Under the pieces are notes generated by a model. The model was not told where the DNA came from, made no database searches, and saw only the letters and a program-made list of their open reading frames with translations. A program made the translations under genes and the position numbers. DNA of 64,000 bases, taken from positions 2,848,001 through 2,912,000 of the forward strand of contig OZ257156.1 in the NCBI GenBank assembly GCA_965279375.1, written 5' to 3'. Shown piece by piece: positions 8,232-21,193 of the stretch. The stretch comes from Gemmatimonas sp. (GTDB taxonomy: Bacteria > Gemmatimonadota > Gemmatimonadetes > Gemmatimonadales > Gemmatimonadaceae). Each line of letters begins with the position of its first letter. Positions within the stretch are counted from its first letter, which is position 1.

Positions 8232-10802
8232 TTGAACCGTCACCGCGTCACCGTGCTTCTGCTGTCACTATTGACGGCCTGTATGCCCGCGGATCGGAGC
8301 CTCGCTCCGACCCAGGATCACGAGCACGCACACGCCCCGCGTCACAATCTGACCGCCAACGCCGACAGCGTCTACCGCTGGAGCGATCCGGAGATGTGGC
8401 CGAACGCCGAACTGCCCATTTCGGGCACCGATGTGGTGATTCCCGCGGGGCGACACGTTCTGCTGGACATGCCGTCCGTCCGCGTTCGTCAGCTCACGAT
8501 TGCCGGAACGCTCGAGTTCTCCGATGCGCAGGACATCGCGCTCGACGCGAACGCCATTCTGGTTCAGGGCGCCCTGGTCGTCGGCAGTGCCGGCGCTCGA
8601 TACACGCATCGCGCGGTCATCACGCTCAACGGCACCGCCGCTGAGAACGCACGTTTCGGCGCTGGCGCCAAGGGCATCAGCGTCGTCGGCGGCGCGCTGG
8701 AGCTGCACGGCACGTCGGTGCGCTCGTGGACCAAGCTGGCGCAGCATGCCCCAAGCGGAGCGACCCTCCTGACGCTGAACGAGCCCTCCGCATGGAAGGC
8801 GGGCGACCAGATCGCCGTAAGTGCCACCAGCTTCGACCCGGCCGACGCGGAGCTGGCCACAATCGCCGCCGTGGAGGGTGCCACGCTTCAGCTGACACAA
8901 CCGCTCGCACACGACCACTGGGGCGAGCTACAGGAGATCGCCGGCCGACCACTCGACGAACGCGCCGAAGTGGGGCTGCTCACGCGCAATATCGTCATTC
9001 GCGGCGACACGCTCTCCGAGCAGGACGGCTTCGGTGCGCAGGTGATGATTCACCCCGGCAGCAGCGCGCACGTCGAAGGCGTCGAGTTCTATCGCGTCGG
9101 CCAACGCGGGCTGATGGGACGCTATCCGCTGCATTGGCACCTCGCACAGGAAACCGAGGGCCACTACGCGCGCGACAATGCCGTCTGGCACAGCTACAAC
9201 CGCTGCATGACCATCCACGGCACGAACGGCGTCACGCTCGAAGGCAACGTCTGCTACGACCACGCCGGACACGGCTTCTTCCTCGAAGACGGCGTCGAGC
9301 ACAGCAATGTCCTCGCGCGCAATCTGGGGATGCGCACGCGCGTTCCGGCGCCTGCGTCGCGTCTGCTGCCGAGCGACGAACGGCCGGCCACGTTCTGGAT
9401 CACGAATCCGGACAACGACCTGCACGACAACGTCGCCGCTGGATCAGATGGCTTTGGCATTTGGTATGCGCTGCCCGAGTATCCCACGGGCCTTTCCGCT
9501 ACGCGCAACGTACATCCACGACAGATCCCGCTTGGGCGTTTTGCGCACAACACGGTGCACTCGAACATGCGAAGTGGACTGTGGGTGGATGAAGGCATGG
9601 ACGCGGCAGGCACGCTCAACATCGCCTGGTATGAGCCCAGTGCTGCGCCTGCGTACTTTCGCGGCTTGCTCGCGTGGAAGAATCGCGCGATGGGCGCGTG
9701 GTTCCGTGGTCGCAATCTGCATCTCGTGGATGCAGTCCTCGCCGACAACATGATCGGGGCCACCTTCGCTGCACTCGAGAGCACGCTCGAAGATGCGTTC
9801 GTGGTGGGCGTGAGCGACAACCGCGGCGTCAATGCCAGCGCGTGGGCGCCGGTGCGCGGCTTCTGGTTCTACGACGGACCGGTGGGCGTCGCGCGATCGC
9901 TGTTCGCCAACTTCGATGCACGCGCCGGAAGCGACGCAAGTGCACTTGGCTTCCACCCCGTGAATCCGTGGCCGATCAGCGCTGCGAACTGGGTGGAGTC
10001 GGTGCGCTTTGTAGACGCGGAGCGCATGCGCTTCGATCCGGTCAGCGAATCGTATGACGCCACCAAGTCCGCCGTCGTCGTGGACCGCGACGGCTCACTC
10101 GGCGAGGCCGCGCACTCCGTATTCGTTTCGGATTCACCGTTGCTGCGCGGGGGCTGCGCACCGCGTGCGTCGTGGAACGCATGGTCATGCGACGTGCCCT
10201 TCACGCAGCTCCTGGTGCGCACCGATGTCGAGATGCCATCAGGCATCGCCGTGCAGCGTACAGGACTCCCGAACACGCAGGTACGGATCGCGCCTGTGCG
10301 CTACGACCGGACCTTCACCACCGTGACCGTGCCGCAGGGGATGGCGCTCGACGTGCGCACGCCGGGACTCACGCCGCAGCTCCTGCGTCTCAGTGCGACG
10401 CTGGTGAACGCCGATGTCCCGCTGGATGTTACCGTCGCGCGCCCCTCAGGCGTGTTCGAGGTTGCGCAGGCCGGACGTGCGCTTGCGCGCGTCACACGGG
10501 ATGAGATCGATCGCTGCGTGAGTTGCTGGAGCAGCGACAACGCGACCGGCGATCTTCGACTGCGGTTGCTTGCCGACTCGACGACCAGCGCGATCAACGT
10601 GTCCATCGGGCGCGGTGCGTCGATCGCAAGTGCTCGATCGGTTGGATCGAGTCTATCGAGTGCAGGGCTCGCCGGTCCGCGCGCCAACGCGCTCTTGGCG
10701 CCGTTTGGACACGAGCCGCGTGCTGCCGGCTATCGAGAGCCGGCGGGGCGCGCGAGTTCGGTGTTGAAGTACGGCAGCAGGGCGTTCAACGCGAAGATGT
10801 AA
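8232..10802 (+). CDS. G8-domain / right-handed beta-helix lipoprotein (CEMIP/TMEM2/fibrocystin-like architecture)
   Basis: Lipobox LTAC; G8 start WSDP..W...LP..GTDVVIPAG; RAEVGLLTRNI, GRYPLHWH, NRCMTIHGT, GHGFFLEDG, ATFWITNP. Confidence 0.8.
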   Translation: MNRHRVTVLLLSLLTACMPADRSLAPTQDHEHAHAPRHNLTANADSVYRWSDPEMWPNAELPISGTDVVIPAGRHVLLDMPSVRVRQLTIAGTLEFSDAQDIALDANAILVQGALVVGSAGARYTHRAVITLNGTAAENARFGAGAKGISVVGGALELHGTSVRSWTKLAQHAPSGATLLTLNEPSAWKAGDQIAVSATSFDPADAELATIAAVEGATLQLTQPLAHDHWGELQEIAGRPLDERAEVGLLTRNIVIRGDTLSEQDGFGAQVMIHPGSSAHVEGVEFYRVGQRGLMGRYPLHWHLAQETEGHYARDNAVWHSYNRCMTIHGTNGVTLEGNVCYDHAGHGFFLEDGVEHSNVLARNLGMRTRVPAPASRLLPSDERPATFWITNPDNDLHDNVAAGSDGFGIWYALPEYPTGLSATRNVHPRQIPLGRFAHNTVHSNMRSGLWVDEGMDAAGTLNIAWYEPSAAPAYFRGLLAWKNRAMGAWFRGRNLHLVDAVLADNMIGATFAALESTLEDAFVVGVSDNRGVNASAWAPVRGFWFYDGPVGVARSLFANFDARAGSDASALGFHPVNPWPISAANWVESVRFVDAERMRFDPVSESYDATKSAVVVDRDGSLGEAAHSVFVSDSPLLRGGCAPRASWNAWSCDVPFTQLLVRTDVEMPSGIAVQRTGLPNTQVRIAPVRYDRTFTTVTVPQGMALDVRTPGLTPQLLRLSATLVNADVPLDVTVARPSGVFEVAQAGRALARVTRDEIDRCVSCWSSDNATGDLRLRLLADSTTSAINVSIGRGASIASARSVGSSLSSAGLAGPRANALLAPFGHEPRAAGYREPAGRASSVLKYGSRAFNAKM

Positions 10803-11881
10803 TCGTCGACCGCGAGCGCCTGCGCGCTGCGAATGCGTACGTTATGGCGGCAGCCATAGCGCTTTCCGGAATCGAGCTCGGGGCGCATGGTCGTGAGCAG
10901 ATCCTGCAGCGAGCCGGACACCCCGCGCACCGTATAGCGGTCTGCTCCCTCGATCAGCACCTCGGCGACGGATCCGCTATCCACCTTGAGTTCGATACAG
11001 GTGGGCGTCTGACGCGAGCGACCGGGACCGGCGCCGGCGCCAGTTCCGCTGCCGCCACCGATGCCAGCGCCGAGCAGCACTTGCGCAGTGCGCGTGGTCG
11101 CCGGGCCGGAGCCTGCACCCGTGCCGCCGCCATTCCCGCCACCTACCCCCGGGCCGCGACCCGCTCCGCTTCCCGCGCCCGAGCCTGCGCCACTGCCGGG
11201 AATGCCGGGAGGCGCCGCTGCTGCGGCGAGTGCGCGCAGGACCGCCATCGTGTCGCGGGGTATCGTCGACGTGGACGCGTCCGCGATCGCCGCCGCAACG
11301 GCGGCGGGACTCGCCTCGGACGGGGGACGACCTGGTGCGACCACCTGCGCCACCGACGGCGCGATGGCGTCGAGCTGGCGCCGAATGGAGTCGGCCCGCT
11401 GCGAAACGGTGCTGAGCGCCGCGACCGTTTCATTTCGGGAGAGTTGCGCCATGGCCAAGTCGCGTTCGACGGCCGTCATGCGTGCATTGGTCTCGGGGGC
11501 AGTGGCAACGCCGCTGCCGGCCGCACCGGGAATACCGCCTGGCCGCAGGGCCGCCAGCGAATCCCGCTCGCGCTGCAGTTGCGCCAGTCGAGAGGCGAGC
11601 GCGCTGTCCCGGACGAAGGCCGCGCGGACAGCCCGCTCGAGGGAATCGAGGCGCTGGGCGAGGGCCATGAGCTGCATCAACCGCGGGTTGCGCAGCGCCG
11701 TGGAGTCCACGGTTGGCGTAGTCTGCTTGACCACTGGTGGCGTGCCGGCGCGGCTCATCTGGCTCAGTCCGAAGAAGAGCAGAGCCAAAAAGAGACCCAG
11801 TTCGGCTTCGGTGAAGCCGATGATCGATTGCCCGCGATTGCCGCGTCGGCGCTTGGGCGCGCCCTTCGCCGGGGCGGTCAC
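10730..11881 (-). CDS. Single-TM ExbD/MotB-like protein with a coiled-coil and Gly-rich linker
   Basis: Basic N-terminus, TM with an intramembrane Glu (GFTEAELGLFLALLFF), coiled coil, Gly-rich spacer, C-terminal ExbD/TolR-like alpha/beta pattern; ATGA overlap with the upstream gene. Confidence 0.55.
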   Translation of the reverse strand: MTAPAKGAPKRRRGNRGQSIIGFTEAELGLFLALLFFGLSQMSRAGTPPVVKQTTPTVDSTALRNPRLMQLMALAQRLDSLERAVRAAFVRDSALASRLAQLQRERDSLAALRPGGIPGAAGSGVATAPETNARMTAVERDLAMAQLSRNETVAALSTVSQRADSIRRQLDAIAPSVAQVVAPGRPPSEASPAAVAAAIADASTSTIPRDTMAVLRALAAAAAPPGIPGSGAGSGAGSGAGRGPGVGGGNGGGTGAGSGPATTRTAQVLLGAGIGGGSGTGAGAGPGRSRQTPTCIELKVDSGSVAEVLIEGADRYTVRGVSGSLQDLLTTMRPELDSGKRYGCRHNVRIRSAQALAVDDYIFALNALLPYFNTELARPAGSR

Positions 11882-12531
11882 TTCGCGTTGGTCGAGGCTG
11901 GGGGGATCGTGGGCGTCGAGGTCGGCGTCGTGCCCGACGGGCCGGCGTAGGGCGTCGGCCGGACGGGCTCGGCTGGGCGCGGCGCGGTGTGGGCCAGCTG
12001 CGCCAGGAAGCGCGCCTGTGTCGCCTCGAGCTCGGCGGTCTGCCTGGCGCGTTCCTCGGCCATCTCGCGGAAGAACTGCTGGCGGGCGACTTCGAAGGCG
12101 ACGGCGTGGCTGGTGACGGCGTTGGCGAGGGCGGCCAAGCGGTCATCCTCCTCGGGGGCTTCGTCCTGCACGAGGGTGAGGAGCGCCTGGCGGCAGAAGA
12201 GACCGACGATCGTGGTCAGGACCGCGGCACCGACCTCCTGCGTCATCAGCGACGGATTCTGGGCGAACAGGGTGGCGTTCGACGAGACGTCGTTGAAGAT
12301 CTTGAACAGCGCGAACATCGTGAGCAGGAAGCCCAGGAAATAAGGCGAGTCCTTGAGGGAGTCGCCGCCGAGCTGTCCGACGGAGGCGCGGTTGGAGTAG
12401 AGGTAGAGCGTGTAGACGACGATAGGGACGGACGGCAGGTAGGGCCGCCCGATGTCGGTGAACAGGGCCCACATGCTGGCTGCCAGGGCGACGGTAAACG
12501 CCGCGAAGGCACGATTTGAAAAAAAGTTCAC
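11878..12531 (-). CDS. MotA/TolQ/ExbB-like ion-channel membrane protein with a C-terminal coiled coil
   Basis: Four hydrophobic segments; PYFLGFLLT and AAVLTTIVGL resemble the ExbB/MotA PxxGxxGT and AxxTTxxG helices; GTG start 12531 inferred. Confidence 0.6.
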   Translation of the reverse strand: MNFFSNRAFAAFTVALAASMWALFTDIGRPYLPSVPIVVYTLYLYSNRASVGQLGGDSLKDSPYFLGFLLTMFALFKIFNDVSSNATLFAQNPSLMTQEVGAAVLTTIVGLFCRQALLTLVQDEAPEEDDRLAALANAVTSHAVAFEVARQQFFREMAEERARQTAELEATQARFLAQLAHTAPRPAEPVRPTPYAGPSGTTPTSTPTIPPASTNAK

Positions 12532-12730
12532 GCGACGTCGGCGTCGGATAATGAGCAGTAGGCGGCGCGGGGCCCGCGGCACCCGGTATACGGACACAAC
12601 GACCGATTGGCGTCGCTGGTCACAACCGTTCCGCCGGTGGCACAGTGGCGGCAGCTGACAAGGTTGCCTTGCCGGAGGTAGTTCGCAAGCGGCGTTCCGT
12701 CTTTGGGGGCACACGGCCCCGTCCAGCCCA

Positions 12731-12758
12731 TTGACTCCACCACCTCCTCGGTTACCTT
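12731..12758 (+). promoter_or_regulatory. Putative sigma70-type promoter for the fusA-tuf-S10 operon
   Basis: TTGACT-16 bp-TACCTT in the intergenic region upstream of fusA. Confidence 0.45.
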
Positions 12759-12903
12759 ACCTCGGCTACCCCATCTCAGGTGCGGGTATCACCGGAACGT
12801 TTGCTGGTAGAACGCCGGACAAACTCAACGTCGTCGCGAGTGGTTTGCGGCGTCGCGCCTTGGGTCCCCATTCGTGCAGCAGTGGCGAGTGCACCCGGCG
12901 GCA

Positions 12904-12955
12904 GCGGATGGATACCGGCCTTGCTCTGCGAGGCGTCTGGTCCAGCCGTTTTTTT
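12904..12955 (+). terminator. Terminator/attenuator-like hairpin with T7 in the fusA leader
   Basis: CGG-A-TGGA...GCCTTGC-TCT-GCGAGGC...TCCA-G-CCG followed by TTTTTTT. Confidence 0.5.
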
Positions 12956-13050
12956 GCTGGTTCGTGTTGGGCTCGCAGGTTCGTGAAGGAATTGATCGCT
13001 CACTCTCGTCAACACCTGGCGCCGCGCAAGCGAGCAGCCGCCTGAAGACT

Positions 13051-15171
<2,121 letters not shown>

Positions 15172-15213
15172 GCCTCACCCACTCATTCACTACCCAATTA
15201 CAAGAACCGAACC

Positions 15214-16416
<1,203 letters not shown>

Positions 16417-16430
16417 GCAATAGCGTGGCG

Positions 16431-16467
16431 CTGTCGGGCGGTGGGTGCTGAGCGCACCGCCCGACAG
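16431..16467 (+). terminator. Strong stem-loop after tuf (terminator or mRNA-stabilising element)
   Basis: 13-bp perfect stem CTGTCGGGCGGTG/CACCGCCCGACAG; weak U-tract. Confidence 0.5.
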
Positions 16468-16508
16468 GACCGCGTTCTTCGCAGTTTCTAACTCGAGAGA
16501 TTCATCTG

Positions 16509-16817
16509 ATGGCTGGCCGTATCCGCATTCGCCTGAAGGCTTTTGACCACGCCGTGATCGATCAGGCTTCGGCAGACATTGTGCGCACCGCTGAAAAGAC
16601 GGGCGCGCAGGTGTCGGGTCCGATTCCCCTGCCGACGAAGACGCAGCGTTGGACTGTGCTGCGGTCGCCGCACGTGGACAAGAAGTCGCGCGAACAGTTC
16701 GAACTGAAGACGCACAAGCGGTTGATCGACATTCTGGATTCGCGCCCGGGTACGGTGGACGCGTTGACGAAGCTTGATCTGCCTGCCGGCGTGGACGTCG
16801 AAATCAAGGTTGAGTAA
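16509..16817 (+). CDS. rpsJ: 30S ribosomal protein S10
   Basis: [31 protein letters not shown]. Confidence 0.99.
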   Translation: MAGRIRIRLKAFDHAVIDQASADIVRTAEKTGAQVSGPIPLPTKTQRWTVLRSPHVDKKSREQFELKTHKRLIDILDSRPGTVDALTKLDLPAGVDVEIKVE

Positions 16818-16928
16818 GCAGTCGGAGTTGGAGTTGTAGTACAGAGGTCATCGCACACGGCGATGTCCTCCACAGTCCAACGGTGTGGACGATCGGTCCC
16901 CCGCGACTCGTACGGTTTGGAGTAACTC

Positions 16929-17612
16929 ATGATCGGCATTATCGGTAAGAAGCTGGGGATGACCCAGCTGTTCAACGAGCAGGGGCAGCAAGTGCCCTGC
17001 ACCGTGGTGGAGGCCACGCCGAATCCCGTGACGAAAGTCATGACGATTGCGGACGCTGGTTTCGCCTCGGTCGAGCTTGGCTATGGCGCGCAGCGCGTAG
17101 CCCGCGAAAACAAGAAGGGCGAGCGCACGCCGAAGGGACGTCGCGCGACGTCGGCGGAAGTCGGACACGCGAAGAAGGCAGGCCTGGATGCGCCGCCGGC
17201 CGTGCTCCGCTCGTTCCGCATCGACGACGCTCCGGGAAAGAACCCGGAGATTCCGACGTACACGGTGGGCGAGACGGTGACTGTTGGCATTTTCGCGCCG
17301 GGTGAGCGCGTCAAGGTCGAAGGCACCACGAAGGGTCGTGGTTTCCAGGGTGTGGTGAAGCGCCATGGTTTTGGCGGCGGCCCGAACACCCACGGCAACA
17401 CGAAGCACCGCAAGCCCGGATCGATCGGCGCCGGTACGAATCCGTCGCGCGTCATCAAGGGCAAGAAGATGCCGGGGCAGTACGGCAACGTGCGCCACAC
17501 GGCCATTGGCATTCGCGTCGAGAAGATCGATGCCGAACGCAACCTCATTTACCTGCGCGGTAGCGTGGCGGGGCCGACCAACGGCATCGTCTTCGTGCGC
17601 AAGCAGGGCTGA
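16929..17612 (+). CDS. rplC: 50S ribosomal protein L3
   Basis: GKKLGMTQ, KGRGFQGVVKRH, RKPGSIG. Confidence 0.98.
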   Translation: MIGIIGKKLGMTQLFNEQGQQVPCTVVEATPNPVTKVMTIADAGFASVELGYGAQRVARENKKGERTPKGRRATSAEVGHAKKAGLDAPPAVLRSFRIDDAPGKNPEIPTYTVGETVTVGIFAPGERVKVEGTTKGRGFQGVVKRHGFGGGPNTHGNTKHRKPGSIGAGTNPSRVIKGKKMPGQYGNVRHTAIGIRVEKIDAERNLIYLRGSVAGPTNGIVFVRKQG

Positions 17613-17614
17613 CC

Positions 17615-18256
17615 ATGACTGAGAACCAGACCTTACAGGCGCCTGTGTATTCGGCGCAGGGCAAGAAGGGCGCGGCTCGCGCGCTCCCCGAGGCCACGTT
17701 TGACGGCGTCGTCAACGTGCCGGTCATGCATCAGGCCGTGAAGGCGTTCCTCGCCAATCGTCGCCAGGGCACGGCGGCGACGAAGACGCGCGGCAAGGTG
17801 GTTGGCGGCAACCAGAAGCCCTGGAAGCAGAAGGGCACCGGTCGTGCGCGTCAGGGTTCCACGCGCGCGCCGAACTGGCCGGGCGGTGGCACGGTGTTCG
17901 GACCGATTCCGCGCAAGTACACGCAGATCGTCCCCAAGCAGGTCAAGACGCTGGCGCGCAAGAGCGCGTTCAATGCGCGGGCTCGTGAGGGTGCGGTGAT
18001 CATCGTGGACGCGTTGAACTGGTCGGCGCCCAAGACGAAGTCGATCACGACGCTGTTCGCGTCGCTCGGCGTCACGGACAAGAAGGTGTTGTTGTTGACG
18101 GACGGCGTGAAGCCGAACGTGTACCTGAGCGCGCGGAACCTCGCGACGGCGCACGTGATGCCGTACTCCGATGCCAGCACGTATCACATCCTCTGGTCGG
18201 ATGTGGTCGTGATCGAGTCATCGGCTCTGAATTCCCCTGCCGCAGCGGAGGCGTAA
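17615..18256 (+). CDS. rplD: 50S ribosomal protein L4
   Basis: [15 protein letters not shown]. Confidence 0.98.
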   Translation: MTENQTLQAPVYSAQGKKGAARALPEATFDGVVNVPVMHQAVKAFLANRRQGTAATKTRGKVVGGNQKPWKQKGTGRARQGSTRAPNWPGGGTVFGPIPRKYTQIVPKQVKTLARKSAFNARAREGAVIIVDALNWSAPKTKSITTLFASLGVTDKKVLLLTDGVKPNVYLSARNLATAHVMPYSDASTYHILWSDVVVIESSALNSPAAAEA

Positions 18257-18259
18257 GCG

Positions 18260-18547
18260 ATGGCCACTATTCATCGCATCATCTCGCGCCCGATCATCAC
18301 GGAGCGCACCTCTGCCGCGTATCAGGATCGTGGGGAGTACACGTTCGAAGTGGCGCCCGACGCCAACAAGTATTCGATCAAGCAGGCCGTCGAGCAGCTG
18401 TTCGGCGTCAAGGTCACCGGTGTCTGGACGTCGAACGCGCGCGGCAAGGCGCGTCGGGTCGGACAGTCGATCGGCCGTCGTCCCCACACCAAGAAGGCGA
18501 TCGTGAAGCTCCGCGCGGGCGATTCCATCGCGATCTTCGAGGGCTGA
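18260..18547 (+). CDS. rplW: 50S ribosomal protein L23
   Basis: [25 protein letters not shown]; operon position. Confidence 0.97.
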   Translation: MATIHRIISRPIITERTSAAYQDRGEYTFEVAPDANKYSIKQAVEQLFGVKVTGVWTSNARGKARRVGQSIGRRPHTKKAIVKLRAGDSIAIFEG

Positions 18548-18552
18548 GATCC

Positions 18553-19383
18553 ATGGGAATTCGAGTTTTCAAGCCAGTCAGCAAGGGTTCGCGCAATCGC
18601 TCGGTGTCGGATTTCGCCGAGATCACGCGCAGCACCCCTGAGAAGTCGCTCGTCGAGCCGCTGCCGCGGTCGGGTGGTCGCGACAACCACGGCCACATCT
18701 CGATGCGCCGCATCGGTGGTGGTCACAAGCGCCAGTATCGTCTCATCGACTTCAAGCGCAACAAGCCGGGCATCACGGCGATCGTGCGCGAAATCGAGTA
18801 CGATCCGAACCGTTCGGCGCGCATCGCGCTGATCGAGTACGCGGACGGCGAGAAGCGCTACATCCTGCACCCGAAGGGGCTCAAGCAGGGCGACAGCGTG
18901 GTGTCGGGATCGGGCAGCGATTTCCGCGTCGGTAACGCGATGCCGTTGAAGGAAGTGCCGCTCGGCACGCAGGTGCACAACATCGAGCTGAAGATCGGCA
19001 AGGGCGGCCAGATGGCGCGTTCGGCCGGCGCCTTCGCCCAGGTTGTCGCCAAGGAAGGCGAGTACGTCACGCTGCGTCTTGGCAGCACCGAAATGCGTCT
19101 CGTGCACGGCAACTGCATGGCGACGATCGGTGAAGTCGGCAACTCGGAGCATGAGTTGCAGTCGCACGGCAAGGCGGGCAAGAGCCGCTGGTTGGGCAAG
19201 CGCCCGAAGGTCCGTGGTGAAGTGATGAACCCGGTGGATCATCCGCACGGTGGTCGTACGCGCGGTGGTCGTAACGTGGTGAGTCCGTGGGGCAAGCCCG
19301 AAGGTGTCAAGACGCGCAACAAGAAGAAGTCGTCGCAGCGTCTCATCGTGCGCGGCCGCAAGCGCGGCCGAGCGACGCAGTGA
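18553..19383 (+). CDS. rplB: 50S ribosomal protein L2
   Basis: [31 protein letters not shown]. Confidence 0.99.
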   Translation: MGIRVFKPVSKGSRNRSVSDFAEITRSTPEKSLVEPLPRSGGRDNHGHISMRRIGGGHKRQYRLIDFKRNKPGITAIVREIEYDPNRSARIALIEYADGEKRYILHPKGLKQGDSVVSGSGSDFRVGNAMPLKEVPLGTQVHNIELKIGKGGQMARSAGAFAQVVAKEGEYVTLRLGSTEMRLVHGNCMATIGEVGNSEHELQSHGKAGKSRWLGKRPKVRGEVMNPVDHPHGGRTRGGRNVVSPWGKPEGVKTRNKKKSSQRLIVRGRKRGRATQ

Positions 19384-19409
19384 TCCGCTAGCGCGAGCCG
19401 AGAACCGAT

Positions 19410-19715
19410 ATGTCGAGAAGTATCAAGAAGGGTCCATTCGTTGCTGAGCGCCTCGAGGCGAAAGTCCTCGGGATGAATGCTCGTAGCGAGAAGAAGGTGG
19501 TCAAGACGTGGTCGCGCGCGAGCACGATCCTGCCCGAGTTCGTCGGGCACACCTTCGCCGTGCACAACGGGAACAAGTTCATCCCGGTGTACGTGACGGA
19601 AAACATGGTGGGGCACAAGCTCGGCGAGTTCTCGCCGACGCGCCTCTTCCGCGGACACGCTGGGCAGAAGGCGGCCGACAAGAAGGCCACCGGCGTGCCG
19701 AAGGGAGGCAAGTAA
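19410..19715 (+). CDS. rpsS: 30S ribosomal protein S19
   Basis: [21 protein letters not shown]. Confidence 0.99.
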   Translation: MSRSIKKGPFVAERLEAKVLGMNARSEKKVVKTWSRASTILPEFVGHTFAVHNGNKFIPVYVTENMVGHKLGEFSPTRLFRGHAGQKAADKKATGVPKGGK

Positions 19716-19718
19716 CCC

Positions 19719-20093
19719 ATGGCCACCAAGAAGACCGGCATTGAGGCGCACGCGATCCAGCGTACGACCCGTCAGTCGCCGTACAAGATGCGCCTGGTGA
19801 TCGATCAGATCCGCGGGCAGTCGGTGAACAACGCTCTGGCGCTGCTCAAGTTCAGCAAGAAGGGCGCGGCGACGCAGATCGCCAAGACCTTGAACAGTGC
19901 CGTGGCAAACGCGGAGCAGGCGGCCCGGAAAGCCAACACGTCGCTCGATGTCGACGCGCTGGTGATCACGAAGGCCATCGTGAACGAAGGCCCGAAGCTG
20001 AAGCGTTGGACGCCGGCGGCCATGGGCCGTGCGACGCCGATGTTGAAGCGGACGAGCCACGTCGAGATCATCGTGGCGGAGGCGGTGCGCTAA
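19719..20093 (+). CDS. rplV: 50S ribosomal protein L22
   Basis: [23 protein letters not shown]. Confidence 0.97.
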   Translation: MATKKTGIEAHAIQRTTRQSPYKMRLVIDQIRGQSVNNALALLKFSKKGAATQIAKTLNSAVANAEQAARKANTSLDVDALVITKAIVNEGPKLKRWTPAAMGRATPMLKRTSHVEIIVAEAVR

Positions 20094-20752
20094 TGGGACA
20101 GAAGACCAATCCGATCGGGTTTCGCCTCGGTGTCACGAAGAACTGGCGCTCGACCTGGTATGCGAAGAAGGAGATGCCGGCGCTCATCCGCGAGGATGCG
20201 CTGATCCGGAAGTATCTGAAGGCGCGCCTTGATAACGCCGCAATCGCCGAGGTGCGCATCGAGCGCAAGCCGGGCAAGGTGGTGGTGACGATTCACACCG
20301 GCCGTCCGGGCGTGGTGATCGGCAAGAAGGGCGCGGAAGTCGACAAGCTGCGTGACGAGCTCACGCAGTTGAGCGGCAAGGAAGTCGGGATCAACGTGGA
20401 AGAGATCAAGCGCCCGGAAGTCGAGGCGCAGCTGGTGGCGGACAACATTGCCGCGCAGCTCTCGCAGCGTATCTCGTTCCGCCGCGCCATGAAGCGTGCT
20501 GTCCAGAGCGCGATGCGCATGGGCGCACTGGGTATCAAGATCAAGTGCGGCGGCCGTCTTGGCGGCGCCGAAATCGCCCGCGTCGAAGGGTACCATGAGG
20601 GTCGGGTTCCCCTGCACACGCTGCGCGCCGACATCGATTACGCCACGAGCACGGCGAAGACCACCTACGGCACCATCGGTGTGAAGGTGTGGGTCTTCAA
20701 GGGCGAGATCGTTGACGACCGTCGCGGCAAGACCTACTCGACTGGCGTCTAA
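20093..20752 (+). CDS. rpsC: 30S ribosomal protein S3
   Basis: [32 protein letters not shown] overlap with rplV. Confidence 0.98.
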   Translation: MGQKTNPIGFRLGVTKNWRSTWYAKKEMPALIREDALIRKYLKARLDNAAIAEVRIERKPGKVVVTIHTGRPGVVIGKKGAEVDKLRDELTQLSGKEVGINVEEIKRPEVEAQLVADNIAAQLSQRISFRRAMKRAVQSAMRMGALGIKIKCGGRLGGAEIARVEGYHEGRVPLHTLRADIDYATSTAKTTYGTIGVKVWVFKGEIVDDRRGKTYSTGV

Positions 20753-20764
20753 GGAGATTACGCG

Positions 20765-21193
20765 ATGCTGAGTCCGAAGCGGGTCAAATTCCGCAAGATG
20801 TTCAAGGGCCGTATGACCGGCCTGGCGTACCGCGGAGCCGAGGTGTCCTTCGGGACGTATGGGCTCAAGGCGATGGAGCCGGGTTGGGTCACGAGCCGTC
20901 AGATCGAAGCAGCCCGTGTGGCGCTCACGCGTCACATCAAGCGTGGCGGCAAGGTGTGGATCCGGATTTTCCCGGACAAGCCGATCACGAAGAAGCCGGC
21001 CGAAACGCGCATGGGTAAGGGCAAGGGATCGCCCGAAATGTGGGTGGCGGTGGTGAAGCCGGGCCGTGTGATGTTCGAGCTCGAGGGCGTGACGCGCGAA
21101 GTGGCCGAATCGGCCATGGCGCTGGCGGCCGCGAAGATGGGTGTGAAGACCAAGTTCGTCGTACGCGAGGAGGCGGTGACCGATGAAGGCTGA
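20765..21193 (+). CDS. rplP: 50S ribosomal protein L16
   Basis: [22 protein letters not shown]. Confidence 0.99.
   Translation: MLSPKRVKFRKMFKGRMTGLAYRGAEVSFGTYGLKAMEPGWVTSRQIEAARVALTRHIKRGGKVWIRIFPDKPITKKPAETRMGKGKGSPEMWVAVVKPGRVMFELEGVTREVAESAMALAAAKMGVKTKFVVREEAVTDEG

Noticed and set aside
10730..12531. Zorya (ZorAB) anti-phage system or flagellar MotAB
   Set aside because: No recognisable OmpA-like peptidoglycan-binding domain, short A-subunit tail, and no zorC/D/E or flagellar genes adjacent
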